DNA of 64,000 nucleotides. It comes from an uncultured Desulfarculus sp. (lineage in GTDB: Bacteria > Desulfobacterota > Desulfarculia > Desulfarculales > Desulfarculaceae). The stretch is taken from the NCBI GenBank assembly GCA_963665125.2, contig CAXXUK010000002.1:960001-1024000 (forward strand). Direction: 5' to 3'. Position 1 is the first letter of the stretch; the number at the start of each line of letters is the position of its first letter. This document shows, one piece after another, positions 39,636-49,242 of the stretch. The notes beneath the pieces are model-generated. The model was given only the letters and a program-made list of their open reading frames with translations, did not search any database and was not told where the DNA came from. The position numbers and the translations under genes are program-made.

Positions 39636-40221
39636 TCGATCCCCCTCAGACAACAAAACACCAAATCGGTCAAGCTGAAATTTAGTTAATATCTTGACGT
39701 GCTTAGCCCATCGCCTATAATGGGCGTGGAATATTGTTAAGGCAAATCGCGGCACCCCAGAACCCAAATAGTTGGGTGGGATATAACGCAAGTCTTAAAA
39801 TCTGTCTTGTCAATATTCCACTACATCCCACTCAGCTACTTGGGTTTTGTTTTACCCAAAGTGGCTGGCGGGCGTAAGGGGAGCCGGGGCCACGCGGAAA
39901 GGTCACGGGCCAGAACTCACCAGAGTTGCACTCCTAAAGCTAATCATCTACAGGGGGCGGCCGCGTCAGAGCCGTCGATTGGCTAGCAATTCCGCCACCG
40001 CAAAACCGACACCGGGTCACGCGCGCAAATTCGCTCATTAAAACATCCGAAACCGCAACAAAACACCGAAATGTCAAGTTTTGACCGGTTTTGAGCATGA
40101 GTGCGCCTTCTCAGCCAGTGCCTTCTTTTGAGGTTCCCGAAAAACTGCCCAAACTTGGCCGCTGAGGGGCAGGGGAGCAAAACACCGCGTTAGCGGTGAA
40201 AGAAAAAATAGTAATCTTATT

Positions 40222-41241
40222 ATGAAGATAACACCTAAAAAGCTTTCTGCTATTCGAAGCACCGTCAACGTCATGGCTTTGATCGAGGCCTTGGGTCTGC
40301 GTGTTGCCAAAGATAAAAACGGTGGTGAGATTTGGGTGCATTCTCCCTTCAGCCCGGACAAGACCGCCAGCATGCACATCCAGCCTGATGGACGCTGGAA
40401 GGACTTTTCCAGCGGCAAGGGCGGCGGGTCAATCGAGCTTTACCAGCAAGTCCGTGGCTGCGATTGCTACACGGCCGGCCGCGAGATGCTGGAGCTGGGC
40501 CTCTGCAACGCAAGCACCGAGACGCCGAGGCCGCAGAGAACGCATGAACCAAGGATTGAAGCCAAGGAGCCTTTGCCCGAGCAGCCGTCTTTGGTGCCCT
40601 ATCTACAGCCGCACGAGGAATATGAGCGTAGGGGCATTTCCGAACGCACCCGGCTTAAATTGGGCTTCGGCTACCTGCCCTCATCCAACAAGGCCAAACT
40701 GTCGGGCCGTCATGTGTTTCAGATCAAGGATCAGGCTGGCCGGGTGGTTTCGCACATCGGCCGGGCCGTGGATCAGCGCCAGGCGGAATCCGAAGGCAAA
40801 TGGCGCGTTTACGGCGGCTTCAGCAAGTCCTGCTTCCTTTATGGGCACCATCTGCTGGACAAAGCCAAGGTAAAAGCCGACATGGCCAAGCACGGCCTGA
40901 TCGTGGTGGAGGGGTGCTTTGACGCGGCCAAGCTGCACGAGGCAGGCATACCCTCGGTGGCCACATTCGGGGCGAATCTGAGTGAAACGCAGTCTCGAAA
41001 GCTGGCCGACCTGCACCAAACTCTGCACCTGCCAAAGGTCGTCATCTGGTTTGACCGGGACGCAGCCGGATTCGAGGCCACTGAAAGGGCTGTGGCGGTC
41101 CTGAAACAGGCCGGAGTGCCCGCATATCCTTTTGACTGGCGGGCGGCCGCACAAGAGGGCCTCGTGCCACCCGAGGCAAACGATGCCTGCGATCTTTCAG
41201 TCAGCGACCTCCGCCGTTTCCGGGATCGGGGCTTGATCTGA
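40222..41241 (+). CDS. DnaG-like TOPRIM primase
   Basis: SPF...WKDFSSGKGG (Cys-less ZBD-like), IVVEGCFDA, WFDRDAAG. Confidence 0.88.
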   Translation: MKITPKKLSAIRSTVNVMALIEALGLRVAKDKNGGEIWVHSPFSPDKTASMHIQPDGRWKDFSSGKGGGSIELYQQVRGCDCYTAGREMLELGLCNASTETPRPQRTHEPRIEAKEPLPEQPSLVPYLQPHEEYERRGISERTRLKLGFGYLPSSNKAKLSGRHVFQIKDQAGRVVSHIGRAVDQRQAESEGKWRVYGGFSKSCFLYGHHLLDKAKVKADMAKHGLIVVEGCFDAAKLHEAGIPSVATFGANLSETQSRKLADLHQTLHLPKVVIWFDRDAAGFEATERAVAVLKQAGVPAYPFDWRAAAQEGLVPPEANDACDLSVSDLRRFRDRGLI

Positions 41242-41871
41242 GGTCTCTTTCTCCCTCATCTCCTTGAGTCGCTTAACCAGCTTCTTGGCTTTTTTACCGC
41301 GCCTGAGCCAGCCTGACTGCCGGTACTCCTCGAAAAGCACCTCCTCCTTGATCTCCCGCTCACGCTGGCGGGCCTTTTCGCTTTCGGAAAGCTGGCGGTA
41401 CTCGTCAAAATCCTTGGTTTTGCCTTCGCTGAGCAGCAGCACGGTGTTTTCATAGGCGCTCAGGCGTTGGCGTATCTCCTGGAGTTCCTGTTTGGTGTCC
41501 AGGTGGGCCATCTTCTCGCGATGCGCTGTTTCCTCGGCCGCGCGGGATCGCTCCCGCTCCTCGGCAAGCTCATGAGCCATGGATGACGCTGGCGAAGGGG
41601 TCAACAAGGGCTCATCAACCTGCTCAACAGGCTGGATAAACCCCGACGCGGCGATCTTCTCCCCGATCTCCGGGATGGTCAGGTTCAGCTCCTTTTGCGT
41701 AGCTATGAACTTGAATATGGCCAGGGCCTCGGACGCGACTTCGTTGCGCTGGTTGCGGCCCTTGCGCCGGTATTGGCCGAACACCTCGGGCAGTTTGTTC
41801 AACAAGCGCCCGATATAGGTGCTTGTCAGGCCGGTTGCCTCTGCGATCTCTTCTACTGATAGGTATGCCAT
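41197..41871 (-). CDS. MerR-like HTH + coiled-coil DNA-binding protein
   Basis: YLSVEEIAEATGLT N-terminus; long charged helix. Confidence 0.75.
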   Translation of the reverse strand: MAYLSVEEIAEATGLTSTYIGRLLNKLPEVFGQYRRKGRNQRNEVASEALAIFKFIATQKELNLTIPEIGEKIAASGFIQPVEQVDEPLLTPSPASSMAHELAEERERSRAAEETAHREKMAHLDTKQELQEIRQRLSAYENTVLLLSEGKTKDFDEYRQLSESEKARQREREIKEEVLFEEYRQSGWLRRGKKAKKLVKRLKEMREKETSDQAPIPETAEVAD

Positions 41872-42179
41872 TTTGGTTGGTTAAGGTTAATAAGCGGGCT
41901 TGATGAGGGCTTGTCGAGCGGTTGTTTGGTGCGGATTTGGATTCGCGGGAGTTGGCTTTGGGTGTGGGCAGACGGTTCGACAGGTGATCAATAGGCGCTG
42001 AGCAGGCATGAAAATTAAAGCAGATGCGCGGGATGTGGTCAAATTTTCGCTGGAGCTATTTTGTTGAAGTAGCTTCCTGTCATATGCCGAATCTAGCCGA
42101 TAAACCTAGGCCATGCTTGCTGGCAATTGGTGCACAAGTAGGCGACGGACAGACCATATCACGTGAAAGGAAAAGAGAA

Positions 42180-42602
42180 ATGGATACATCCTCTCAAATC
42201 TGCCTGAAAATAAACGTCATTATCGATAGCCCTGAAATCGCAATAATTGATATCGACAAGGTGTCGGACGACTTTGTTGAAAACCTTGCGAATTCTTTGG
42301 ATAGCTTCAATGAAAACACAAAGAATGATGAAAATATCTCAAGGGATGACCGCACTAAAGAAATTAAGGGAATGATCGAGAATCTCATTAGTGAGGCTTC
42401 GATCTATGATGATCAAGTAACGTTGACCTTGGAAAACACGGGGAGCCCAGCCAGGAACTATCCATACAAGGCAATCCTACCCAGCGGCAAAATCATTTAT
42501 GGAAAAACAGACATCCAAGGTCGAACTCAACGACTTAGGGAAAGTAATAGTCAACACGTGATCATCCAGTGGGGTGAGGAAGAAAAGTCAGAAGGCGAAT
42601 AG
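42180..42602 (+). CDS. Hypothetical protein with T6SS-associated-like C-terminal motif
   Basis: PARNYPYKAILPSGKIIYGKTDIQGRTQR...IQWG. Confidence 0.55.
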   Translation: MDTSSQICLKINVIIDSPEIAIIDIDKVSDDFVENLANSLDSFNENTKNDENISRDDRTKEIKGMIENLISEASIYDDQVTLTLENTGSPARNYPYKAILPSGKIIYGKTDIQGRTQRLRESNSQHVIIQWGEEEKSEGE

Positions 42603-42732
42603 GCTTAATATATGGGGAAGCTGCCGTGCATTGGCAATAGGAAATTGCAGAAATATAACCTTTCAGAATTAGTGTGCAGCGGCTTCCCCTTTTGATAATC
42701 ATAAATAACACTGTTGTTACAAGGAAAGACAA

Positions 42733-44973
42733 ATGTTTGACATTAGCTATAAATTTGACTTTGGCGATATTATCAAAAAATATTCCAAATATTCTGTCTT
42801 TTTAGAACCACCCGTATCGAAGTTCCATATCCAAATGAGATTGCCAATTTCAATTGATTATAAAGTTAATTACGTACGTGCGTTGCAGATACTCAAGCGG
42901 CAGATAGCTGACCAAATGAGGACAACCTATCTAGATATAAATAGTCTTGGCGCTGATGAAGAGTTGATTAGGTTTCTAAAGGAGGCAGCGTTAGGTCAGC
43001 TCGTTCAGTCAGTACCAAATCCATTAGATCTGTTTTCTGTGGTGCACAGAGCTCATTTGTACGAGTGGAAGCTGTCAAAAGATCTGCCATACATTCTTAC
43101 CTTAAAGGACACGGGCATGAAGGTAGATGTATCATCTGCCATTTCTGAAAGAGGTGACGTGTTACGGAAACCACTTTTGAGCCGGCTTGAAAAATGTATA
43201 AGAGAAACATATCAGTTTGATGAAGGATTTGATGTTTTTACGGATGAACAAATCCAATCATTGAGAACAGATGCGCGCAAGTGGGCAATTAATAATATTA
43301 TCGAACAAGTAGAATTCGTGGAATTCGTTAAGGGAAGCTCATGGCTTAACAAAGAAATTATTGTCAAAGTCAAGCATGGTGACCAAACATGGCAAAAGGA
43401 AATGAAGATTCCTTATAATTATAATTCTATTGCTTACGGTGAAATTATATCTCATGCACTAAATAACGATAACTATAAACTATCAGTTACAATGGAAAGA
43501 GAGATGAAAGAGCAATTAAAATCTTTGATGGTTAAACTTATTCAGCAAGAAAAAGAAATTGAAAAAACTATTGAAAGTGGTAAATACGAACGCCGCTGGT
43601 TTGTATGTAGAATCAAAGGTATGGAAAAACAAATTTCTGTAGAGGCTGATGCTTACGGCTTTAATGTGCCAAAGTATTTAGAAAGAATATATACAACCTA
43701 CGCTGATTTCATCGGAGTAAAAGCAGATGGCAGCTTATTTACAAGCGACCAAAAGGAACGCATTGAAAGATATGTTGTTGATCTGTGGCTTAAATCTATC
43801 GACCATTTGTTGCACTCAATTAAGGTTGAGTCTATTACATATAATACAAACCAAGACATGCTGGAGTCTGGTGAGGTTAAATTTGTATTTGATGGCAACT
43901 GGTTAGATAGTGGCCTTGTCATCAATTTTTATGGGAAAAAAGGTTTTGATACATACAGCATTGCCATGGAGCTTGACAAACAGCTTGCAAGACGATGTGG
44001 TGTTGAAAACCATCTGAATATACTTGATGAAAATCGACATGAAAACATTAGAAAAACTGTAGAGGAGACGATAGTCAATACAATCAATATGAGTCCCGGT
44101 GTAATTAAGAGTACAAATAAAGTTTTCGAGCAGAAAGCGTTGATTAAGGAATGGGCATCGCGACGAAAGCTAAATTACATTGACTTGGCCATGGTATTGG
44201 CTAACCAATACGATGACTACACTAAAGAAAGTGAATTAAAAGACACAATCGCTCTTCATACCTGCCAGTTTATATTCAATGCTTCTGGTTGGGCTTTCGA
44301 CTTTTTAATTGGCTATGTGTCCAAGGCGCTGAACATATTTCGAAAAGCAGGCAAAAAAGCTAAATTTGTTTTTACGGATACAGCTAAAGGATCAGCCTCT
44401 CGCGCCTTAAAAGAGTTGGGAATTACAACGGATTTGCGTACAATGGATTATGGCATAGCACAGATATCCGGAAAAACCATTGTAAAGGCATATCATCGAG
44501 CCGACAAACAAGGGAAGAAGGATCTTGATGCATTATGGAGCAACGATAAAATCGTATCAGGAATAATCCAAGAGCTTACCAGTGTTCTTATTGAATTTAG
44601 CAAGAAAAATCCAGGCGTTTTATCTTTTGCTGGTTTAATAGATCCACCATATGAGGTCGGCTTGCTTGTTGAGGTAAGCAAAGATGAACTATCGTTAGAT
44701 GAAGCATTTGACATTATAGGGCAGGAAAATGAACGTGCAAAGGCACTACTTGATGAAGAAATCGCCATCGCTTATCTTGCACAGATCATGGCAAATAATG
44801 CAGAAGGAATCTCGAACAATCCATCATCACTTGAGAGGGCTAAACTATTCATAAGCTTGGTAGAAAAAGAGAATGGAAATAAATCATGGCTCGATGATGC
44901 ATTAGATGTAATCGACCTAAACGATGAACAGAAGCAATTGCGTATTAAAATATTTGAAGCTTTGTTACAATGA
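42733..44973 (+). CDS. Large AT-rich hypothetical protein (746 aa)
   Basis: Long uninterrupted ORF in AT-rich DNA; SD aagga. Confidence 0.8.
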   Translation: MFDISYKFDFGDIIKKYSKYSVFLEPPVSKFHIQMRLPISIDYKVNYVRALQILKRQIADQMRTTYLDINSLGADEELIRFLKEAALGQLVQSVPNPLDLFSVVHRAHLYEWKLSKDLPYILTLKDTGMKVDVSSAISERGDVLRKPLLSRLEKCIRETYQFDEGFDVFTDEQIQSLRTDARKWAINNIIEQVEFVEFVKGSSWLNKEIIVKVKHGDQTWQKEMKIPYNYNSIAYGEIISHALNNDNYKLSVTMEREMKEQLKSLMVKLIQQEKEIEKTIESGKYERRWFVCRIKGMEKQISVEADAYGFNVPKYLERIYTTYADFIGVKADGSLFTSDQKERIERYVVDLWLKSIDHLLHSIKVESITYNTNQDMLESGEVKFVFDGNWLDSGLVINFYGKKGFDTYSIAMELDKQLARRCGVENHLNILDENRHENIRKTVEETIVNTINMSPGVIKSTNKVFEQKALIKEWASRRKLNYIDLAMVLANQYDDYTKESELKDTIALHTCQFIFNASGWAFDFLIGYVSKALNIFRKAGKKAKFVFTDTAKGSASRALKELGITTDLRTMDYGIAQISGKTIVKAYHRADKQGKKDLDALWSNDKIVSGIIQELTSVLIEFSKKNPGVLSFAGLIDPPYEVGLLVEVSKDELSLDEAFDIIGQENERAKALLDEEIAIAYLAQIMANNAEGISNNPSSLERAKLFISLVEKENGNKSWLDDALDVIDLNDEQKQLRIKIFEALLQ

Positions 44974-45004
44974 TAACTAGACAGCCTCTAGTTAAGGCTA
45001 GAGG

Positions 45005-46273
45005 CTAGTCCGTATTCATCAATAAGGCCGATACTATAGTAGCCCTCTTAGCGTCTCCATTATCTCGACTACGTAGTATGAAGATGCCCGTCCCATTTCG
45101 TGTTGAAATAGATTTTGCAATCAGGCCTGGCTTTGAATTTATAATATAATTCGTACTTGTATTATTACCGCGTATTAGCAATATATTTTTAATTAATTTT
45201 GCTTTGAGGTCAACAAAAGTGCCAAACAGGAATAAATGATCAAAATTATAACATGATCCTCCTATTAAAACAGGCCCATCCTTATTCCCATCCCACCCCT
45301 TCAATATTAATCTTCGTTCATCTATAATAATACCATCACTAGAAAATATAAAATATTCCACATTACTTGTGGTTTTATATTTTTTCCCTTTAATTATACC
45401 ATTTAATATATATTCAACTTTTTTCTGTTTGTTAACGATCATATGATTGTTAAATAACGCTGCTGTAGCTCCAAACATATTGGACCATAGGAGTTTACCA
45501 TTATCTGAATACGATACAATAATTATCTTTATCTTATATCCTTTTGTTAGGATTCCCCCGCTACAAACAAAATTATTACCCAGTGGCACCATGGCCTGGA
45601 AACCGCCTCGTAGTATTGTGCTCTTTATTACCCTGTCCCATAATATATTGCCGTTACTATTCATCTTGCCAAACCAGGGATAGGGTATTCCCAGGCTCTT
45701 ATTTGGTTCACCTACAAAGCATCTTTTAATACCTGCAAATGTTATAATTCCTTTTCCGTCAACATAAAAAGAACTTATGCTTGAAGGACATTGACGATCA
45801 ACATGTACATATTGCCAAAGGATGTCGCCTTGCAAATTTAACCTTATCAGCCAAGGGTAGGTCGCCCCTTCCATTTCCCCTTGAATGTCGCAAGATATTG
45901 CGATTGAATTGTCATCAAACAGCTTTAGCATGAATATTCGGACAACCTTACTGCTAGAGGTCAGCAGCTTATCCCAAACAGTTTTTCCGTTCGCATCCAA
46001 ACGGATTACCCAAATCCCCACTGTTTTGCCGTTTGCAGGCCTTTGGGGGATGACGACCACTGCTCCGCCATCCGGTGTGGCCACGATCTTATAACCTTTG
46101 GCAACTTTGTCTGTTATGAAGGTCCTCTCCCATAGCACCTTTGGTTTTGGCGTGTCAGGATCGACAGGCGTTATGGTCAAGCCAGCACCAAAACCGATAG
46201 AAGGTATGATTGCCAACAAACTGGCGAGTATAAATAATGAAGCTGCCCAGCTAATTGAATTGATCTTGATCAT
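45005..46273 (-). CDS. Secreted beta-propeller-like protein
   Basis: Signal peptide; repeats W-x-x-R/K-L-D/N-x-x-G-x-x-x-W. Confidence 0.75.
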   Translation of the reverse strand: MIKINSISWAASLFILASLLAIIPSIGFGAGLTITPVDPDTPKPKVLWERTFITDKVAKGYKIVATPDGGAVVVIPQRPANGKTVGIWVIRLDANGKTVWDKLLTSSSKVVRIFMLKLFDDNSIAISCDIQGEMEGATYPWLIRLNLQGDILWQYVHVDRQCPSSISSFYVDGKGIITFAGIKRCFVGEPNKSLGIPYPWFGKMNSNGNILWDRVIKSTILRGGFQAMVPLGNNFVCSGGILTKGYKIKIIIVSYSDNGKLLWSNMFGATAALFNNHMIVNKQKKVEYILNGIIKGKKYKTTSNVEYFIFSSDGIIIDERRLILKGWDGNKDGPVLIGGSCYNFDHLFLFGTFVDLKAKLIKNILLIRGNNTSTNYIINSKPGLIAKSISTRNGTGIFILRSRDNGDAKRATIVSALLMNTD

Positions 46274-46414
46274 AGTTCTGCCCTGGCACATATGACTGAG
46301 AATTGGCTAAGATTAAGCCCCTACATATGCCTAGAAGGCTTCTGCTGTCAATGATTCACAGCGTGACAGACAGGACCGGCCGGGAATCATACGCGAATAA
46401 ATATCTGCGCTACC

Positions 46415-46480
46415 TGGGTGTGGATTTGGGTGTGGATTTATTCCAAAACATGCCAAAATCGGCTAAAATCCGCCAAAATT
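46415..46480 (+). promoter_or_regulatory. Putative Int arm sites (46415-46439) and three phased 10-mers (46451-46480)
   Basis: Tandem 12-mer identical to left end; tgccaaaatc/ggctaaaatc/cgccaaaatt. Confidence 0.65.
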
Positions 46481-46554
46481 GACCTTCTGTATTTATCTTT
46501 ATTATCAACAACTTCCTAAGATATGAGGAGGTTAGGAAGCTCGGAGTGTGATTT

Positions 46555-46599
46555 CTGGCAGTCAGGAGGTCTGGGGTTCAAGTCCCCATAGCTCCACCA
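46555..46599 (+). repeat. attR core (duplicated tRNA-Ala 3' end)
   Basis: 45-bp identity with 14256-14300. Confidence 0.95.
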
Positions 46600-46804
46600 A
46601 AAAAGAATTCAACCGCCTAGGTCGAATCGGCCTAAGCGGTTTTTTCTTTCAGGTGACACCTAGGCAACAAATTGTCGTAACCTCTAGGGGCTTCTCAGCC
46701 TCAGGGCCAAATCCATAAGAAGCTATCAAAAGCATACCAATCGGCCTTCCCCGACATCTCCCTACGGTTTTGGCCATTCATAAGCACCTCATGCCGGAGT
46801 TGCT

Positions 46805-47115
46805 TGATCCAACCCTGTTTTGACGGACACACGATTAAGCAAGTAAATTGCTTAACGGAGGTGTTCGATGACATCACAGAAGAGCCAGAAGAAATCCACC
46901 AGGCGGCACTATTCGCCGGAATTCAAGACCGAAGCCCTGGGCTTGGCTGAGCAGGTTGGCGTTGCTGGTGCGGCCAAGCAGCTTGGCCTGCATGAGTCCC
47001 AGGTTTACGCTTGGCGCAAGAAGGCTCGCTATGAGGCCAGCCGCAGTGAGACCGAAAAGGAACTGGAAATCGAAAACGCCAGGCTGAAGCGGCAGTTGGC
47101 CTTTGAAAACCAAAT
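46805..47115 (+). mobile_element. Internally deleted IS3 remnant related to 35812-37067
   Basis: IRL TGATCCAACCCTGTTTTGACGGACAC; orfA fused to orfB tail (KRQLA-FENQI). Confidence 0.85.
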
Positions 47116-47178
47116 TGAAGTTCCCCTGAAATTGTGGACACCTCGAAAAGCATGATATGAATTGCTTGGAGGTGTTGA

Positions 47179-47475
47179 ATGGGCAACAGACGCAGGAGTT
47201 ATAGCCGGGAGTTCAAGATCGAAGCCGTGGCCTTGGTCACCGAGGGAGGTTTGAGCATTTCCCAGGCGGCCAGGGACCTTGGCATCAGCCAGACCGTGCT
47301 GGGCCGCTGGAAGAAGCAGCTCGAAGCAGACCCTGAGCAGGCCTTCCCAGGCAAGGGCAATTTAAAGCCGCAAGATGAGGAGCTAGCCCATCTGAGACGC
47401 GAACTGGCCATTGTACGCCAGGAGCGTGACATATTAAAAAAAGCCATCGGCATCTTCTCGCGGATGCCAAAATGA
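47179..47475 (+). CDS. IS3 transposase OrfA
   Basis: RRSYSREFK, ERDILKKA with A7G frameshift site. Confidence 0.93.
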   Translation: MGNRRRSYSREFKIEAVALVTEGGLSISQAARDLGISQTVLGRWKKQLEADPEQAFPGKGNLKPQDEELAHLRRELAIVRQERDILKKAIGIFSRMPK

Positions 47476-48335
47476 AGTTTCAGTTCATCAGGGATCAGAG
47501 TGAAGGATTCCAGATCAGGCGTATGTGCCGGATTTTGGAGGTGTCAGCCAGCGGGTACTACGCTTGGCTGAACCGGCCGGAAAGCAGCCGGGCGCGAGAG
47601 AACCGGAGGCTCGTTGTCGAGATCAAGGCCATTCATAAAGAAAATCGTGGCGTGTACGGAAGCCCCCGGATACAGGCGGAACTCAAGGATCGTGAAATCC
47701 ATGTGAGCGAGAACCGGGTGGCTCGATTAATGCGCGATAACGGCATCGCTGCCAAGCAGAAGAAAAAGTACAAGGCCACCACGGATTCCAATCACGGCCA
47801 CCTGGCGGCCCCCAATATCCTGGGGCGGGACTTTGAAGCGGACGGCCCTGATCAAAAATGGCTGGCTGATATAACCTACATTCCTACTCGTGAAGGCTGG
47901 CTGTACCTGGCGGCCGTCCTGGATCTTTATTCCAAGCTGATCGTGGGCTGGTCCATGTCAAGCCGCATGACCAAAAAGCTGGTGCTCGATGCGCTGAACA
48001 TGGCGGTGGACCGGCGGAAACCTGGGCCTGGGCTGATCCATCATTCAGATCAAGGACGTCAATATGCCAGCAAGGCCTACCGCAAAAAGCTGAAGTCGCA
48101 CCGCATGATATGCAGCATGAGCCGCAAGGGCGACTGCTGGGATAACGCGCCCATGGAAAGCTGGTTTCATTCCCTGAAAACCGAACTGGTGGCGCATAAA
48201 GATTATTTGAGCAGGACGCAGGCCAAGGCTGACATCTTTGAGTACATCGAAGTCTTCTACAACCGCAGCCGCAAACACTCAGCTCTGGGGTACATGAACC
48301 CGGCTCAATATGAGATGATCAATATGGCTGCTTAA
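47472..48335 (+). CDS. IS3 transposase OrfB (DDE)
   Basis: WLADITY, HHSDQGRQY, DNAPMESWF. Confidence 0.95.
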   Translation: MKFQFIRDQSEGFQIRRMCRILEVSASGYYAWLNRPESSRARENRRLVVEIKAIHKENRGVYGSPRIQAELKDREIHVSENRVARLMRDNGIAAKQKKKYKATTDSNHGHLAAPNILGRDFEADGPDQKWLADITYIPTREGWLYLAAVLDLYSKLIVGWSMSSRMTKKLVLDALNMAVDRRKPGPGLIHHSDQGRQYASKAYRKKLKSHRMICSMSRKGDCWDNAPMESWFHSLKTELVAHKDYLSRTQAKADIFEYIEVFYNRSRKHSALGYMNPAQYEMINMAA

Positions 48336-48443
48336 CTACGTGTCCACAAAAATTGGGGAAGATCATGCCAAACACCACTGTATTATGCAATAGGCCATGG
48401 CGTGGAGGGGAAAGCCCGCTTGCCGGTCGGCCAGTACGGGGCG

Positions 48444-48464
48444 CAAGTCCCCATGGCTCCACCA
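48444..48464 (+). repeat. Degenerate third copy of tRNA-Ala 3' end (older att)
   Basis: caagtccccatggctccacca, 20/21 match, followed by a terminator like 14309-14341. Confidence 0.75.
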
Positions 48465-48508
48465 AGGGAAGACAACGGGTTGGCTGGAAACGGCCAATCC
48501 GTTTTTCT

Positions 48509-49134
48509 TTATTTTGATAAGATCCCCAGTAAAAACCCCGCAATTAATGCCACCACAGAAAAGCCGCATCCAAGGCTAGACGTATTAAAATTCCTGACTT
48601 TGATTTGAGTCTCCATCCATGCCTCTAGCGTGGCCACCTCTTGATCAACTTCGATTTCCAAAACCAGAGCCGCCGGTGATATGCCGGGATATCCTCCTGT
48701 TGTCGTTTTGTCGGCCATGGCCTGTCTAATTCCCTGGAAAAAAACAGCGTATCATTGACCGGTTTGGCAAAGATGCCTCGGCCAACAATCATCAAGTCCC
48801 GGTAGCTTTCCGGAAAGATAGATTCATGGAAATTCGCCGCAATGGCGGCCATTTCGATGAGGTTGTCCTCTATTAACTCCATGCTGGCGAGTATTTGACC
48901 CACATCACCGCATTGGCTCAAGGAATTAACGGCTTGGGTAAGCTTGGGCGTAAAATCTTGATAACGCTCGAGGGAGTTTCGTAAAAAAGATAGACATTTC
49001 TTTTTGGGAATTGGGCCATCGATGCTAAGGGCCGGTTTGGCATGCAAGCGCTTCATGATCCTATAAGTCATGCCATCCGCATATTCGGCAATTGTTGATA
49101 GATTGCGGTACAGCGCTTCTTCGGTTTCAGACAT
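48509..49134 (-). pseudogene. Frameshifted hypothetical gene with C-terminal TM
   Basis: One extra T in the T7 run (48738-48744) fuses the two overlapping ORFs to 208 aa. Confidence 0.5.
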
Positions 49135-49242
49135 TGTCCCCCCTGTGGTTTGTTTCCTACCGCCCAGGCGTGTAACAGCATGCCGGAGTCGATGCATGGG
49201 CATTGCCGTTGATGCCGCGCCCTTAATGCCGGTCAACCATAC

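Larger units (their letters stand above)
14301..46599. mobile_element. ~32.3-kb integrative, probably mobilizable element (IME-like) in tRNA-Ala
   Basis: att direct repeats, adjacent integrase + xis, T4CP, relaxase/MobC, primase, mosaic GC; no VirB4 or phage structural genes seen. Confidence 0.92.
47116..48365 (+). mobile_element. IS3-family insertion sequence (1250 bp)
   Basis: IRs TGAAGTTCCCCTGAAATTGTGGACAC / TGATCTTCCCCAATTTTTGTGGACAC; no TSD seen. Confidence 0.93.

Noticed and set aside
41957..41968. Extra copy of the integrase arm-like 12-mer
   Set aside because: Single 11/12 match far from either att site, in G/T-rich sequence; likely chance.
14301..46599. Prophage or self-transmissible ICE
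   Set aside because: No terminase, capsid or tail genes and no VirB4-like ATPase recognised; best described as mobilizable.
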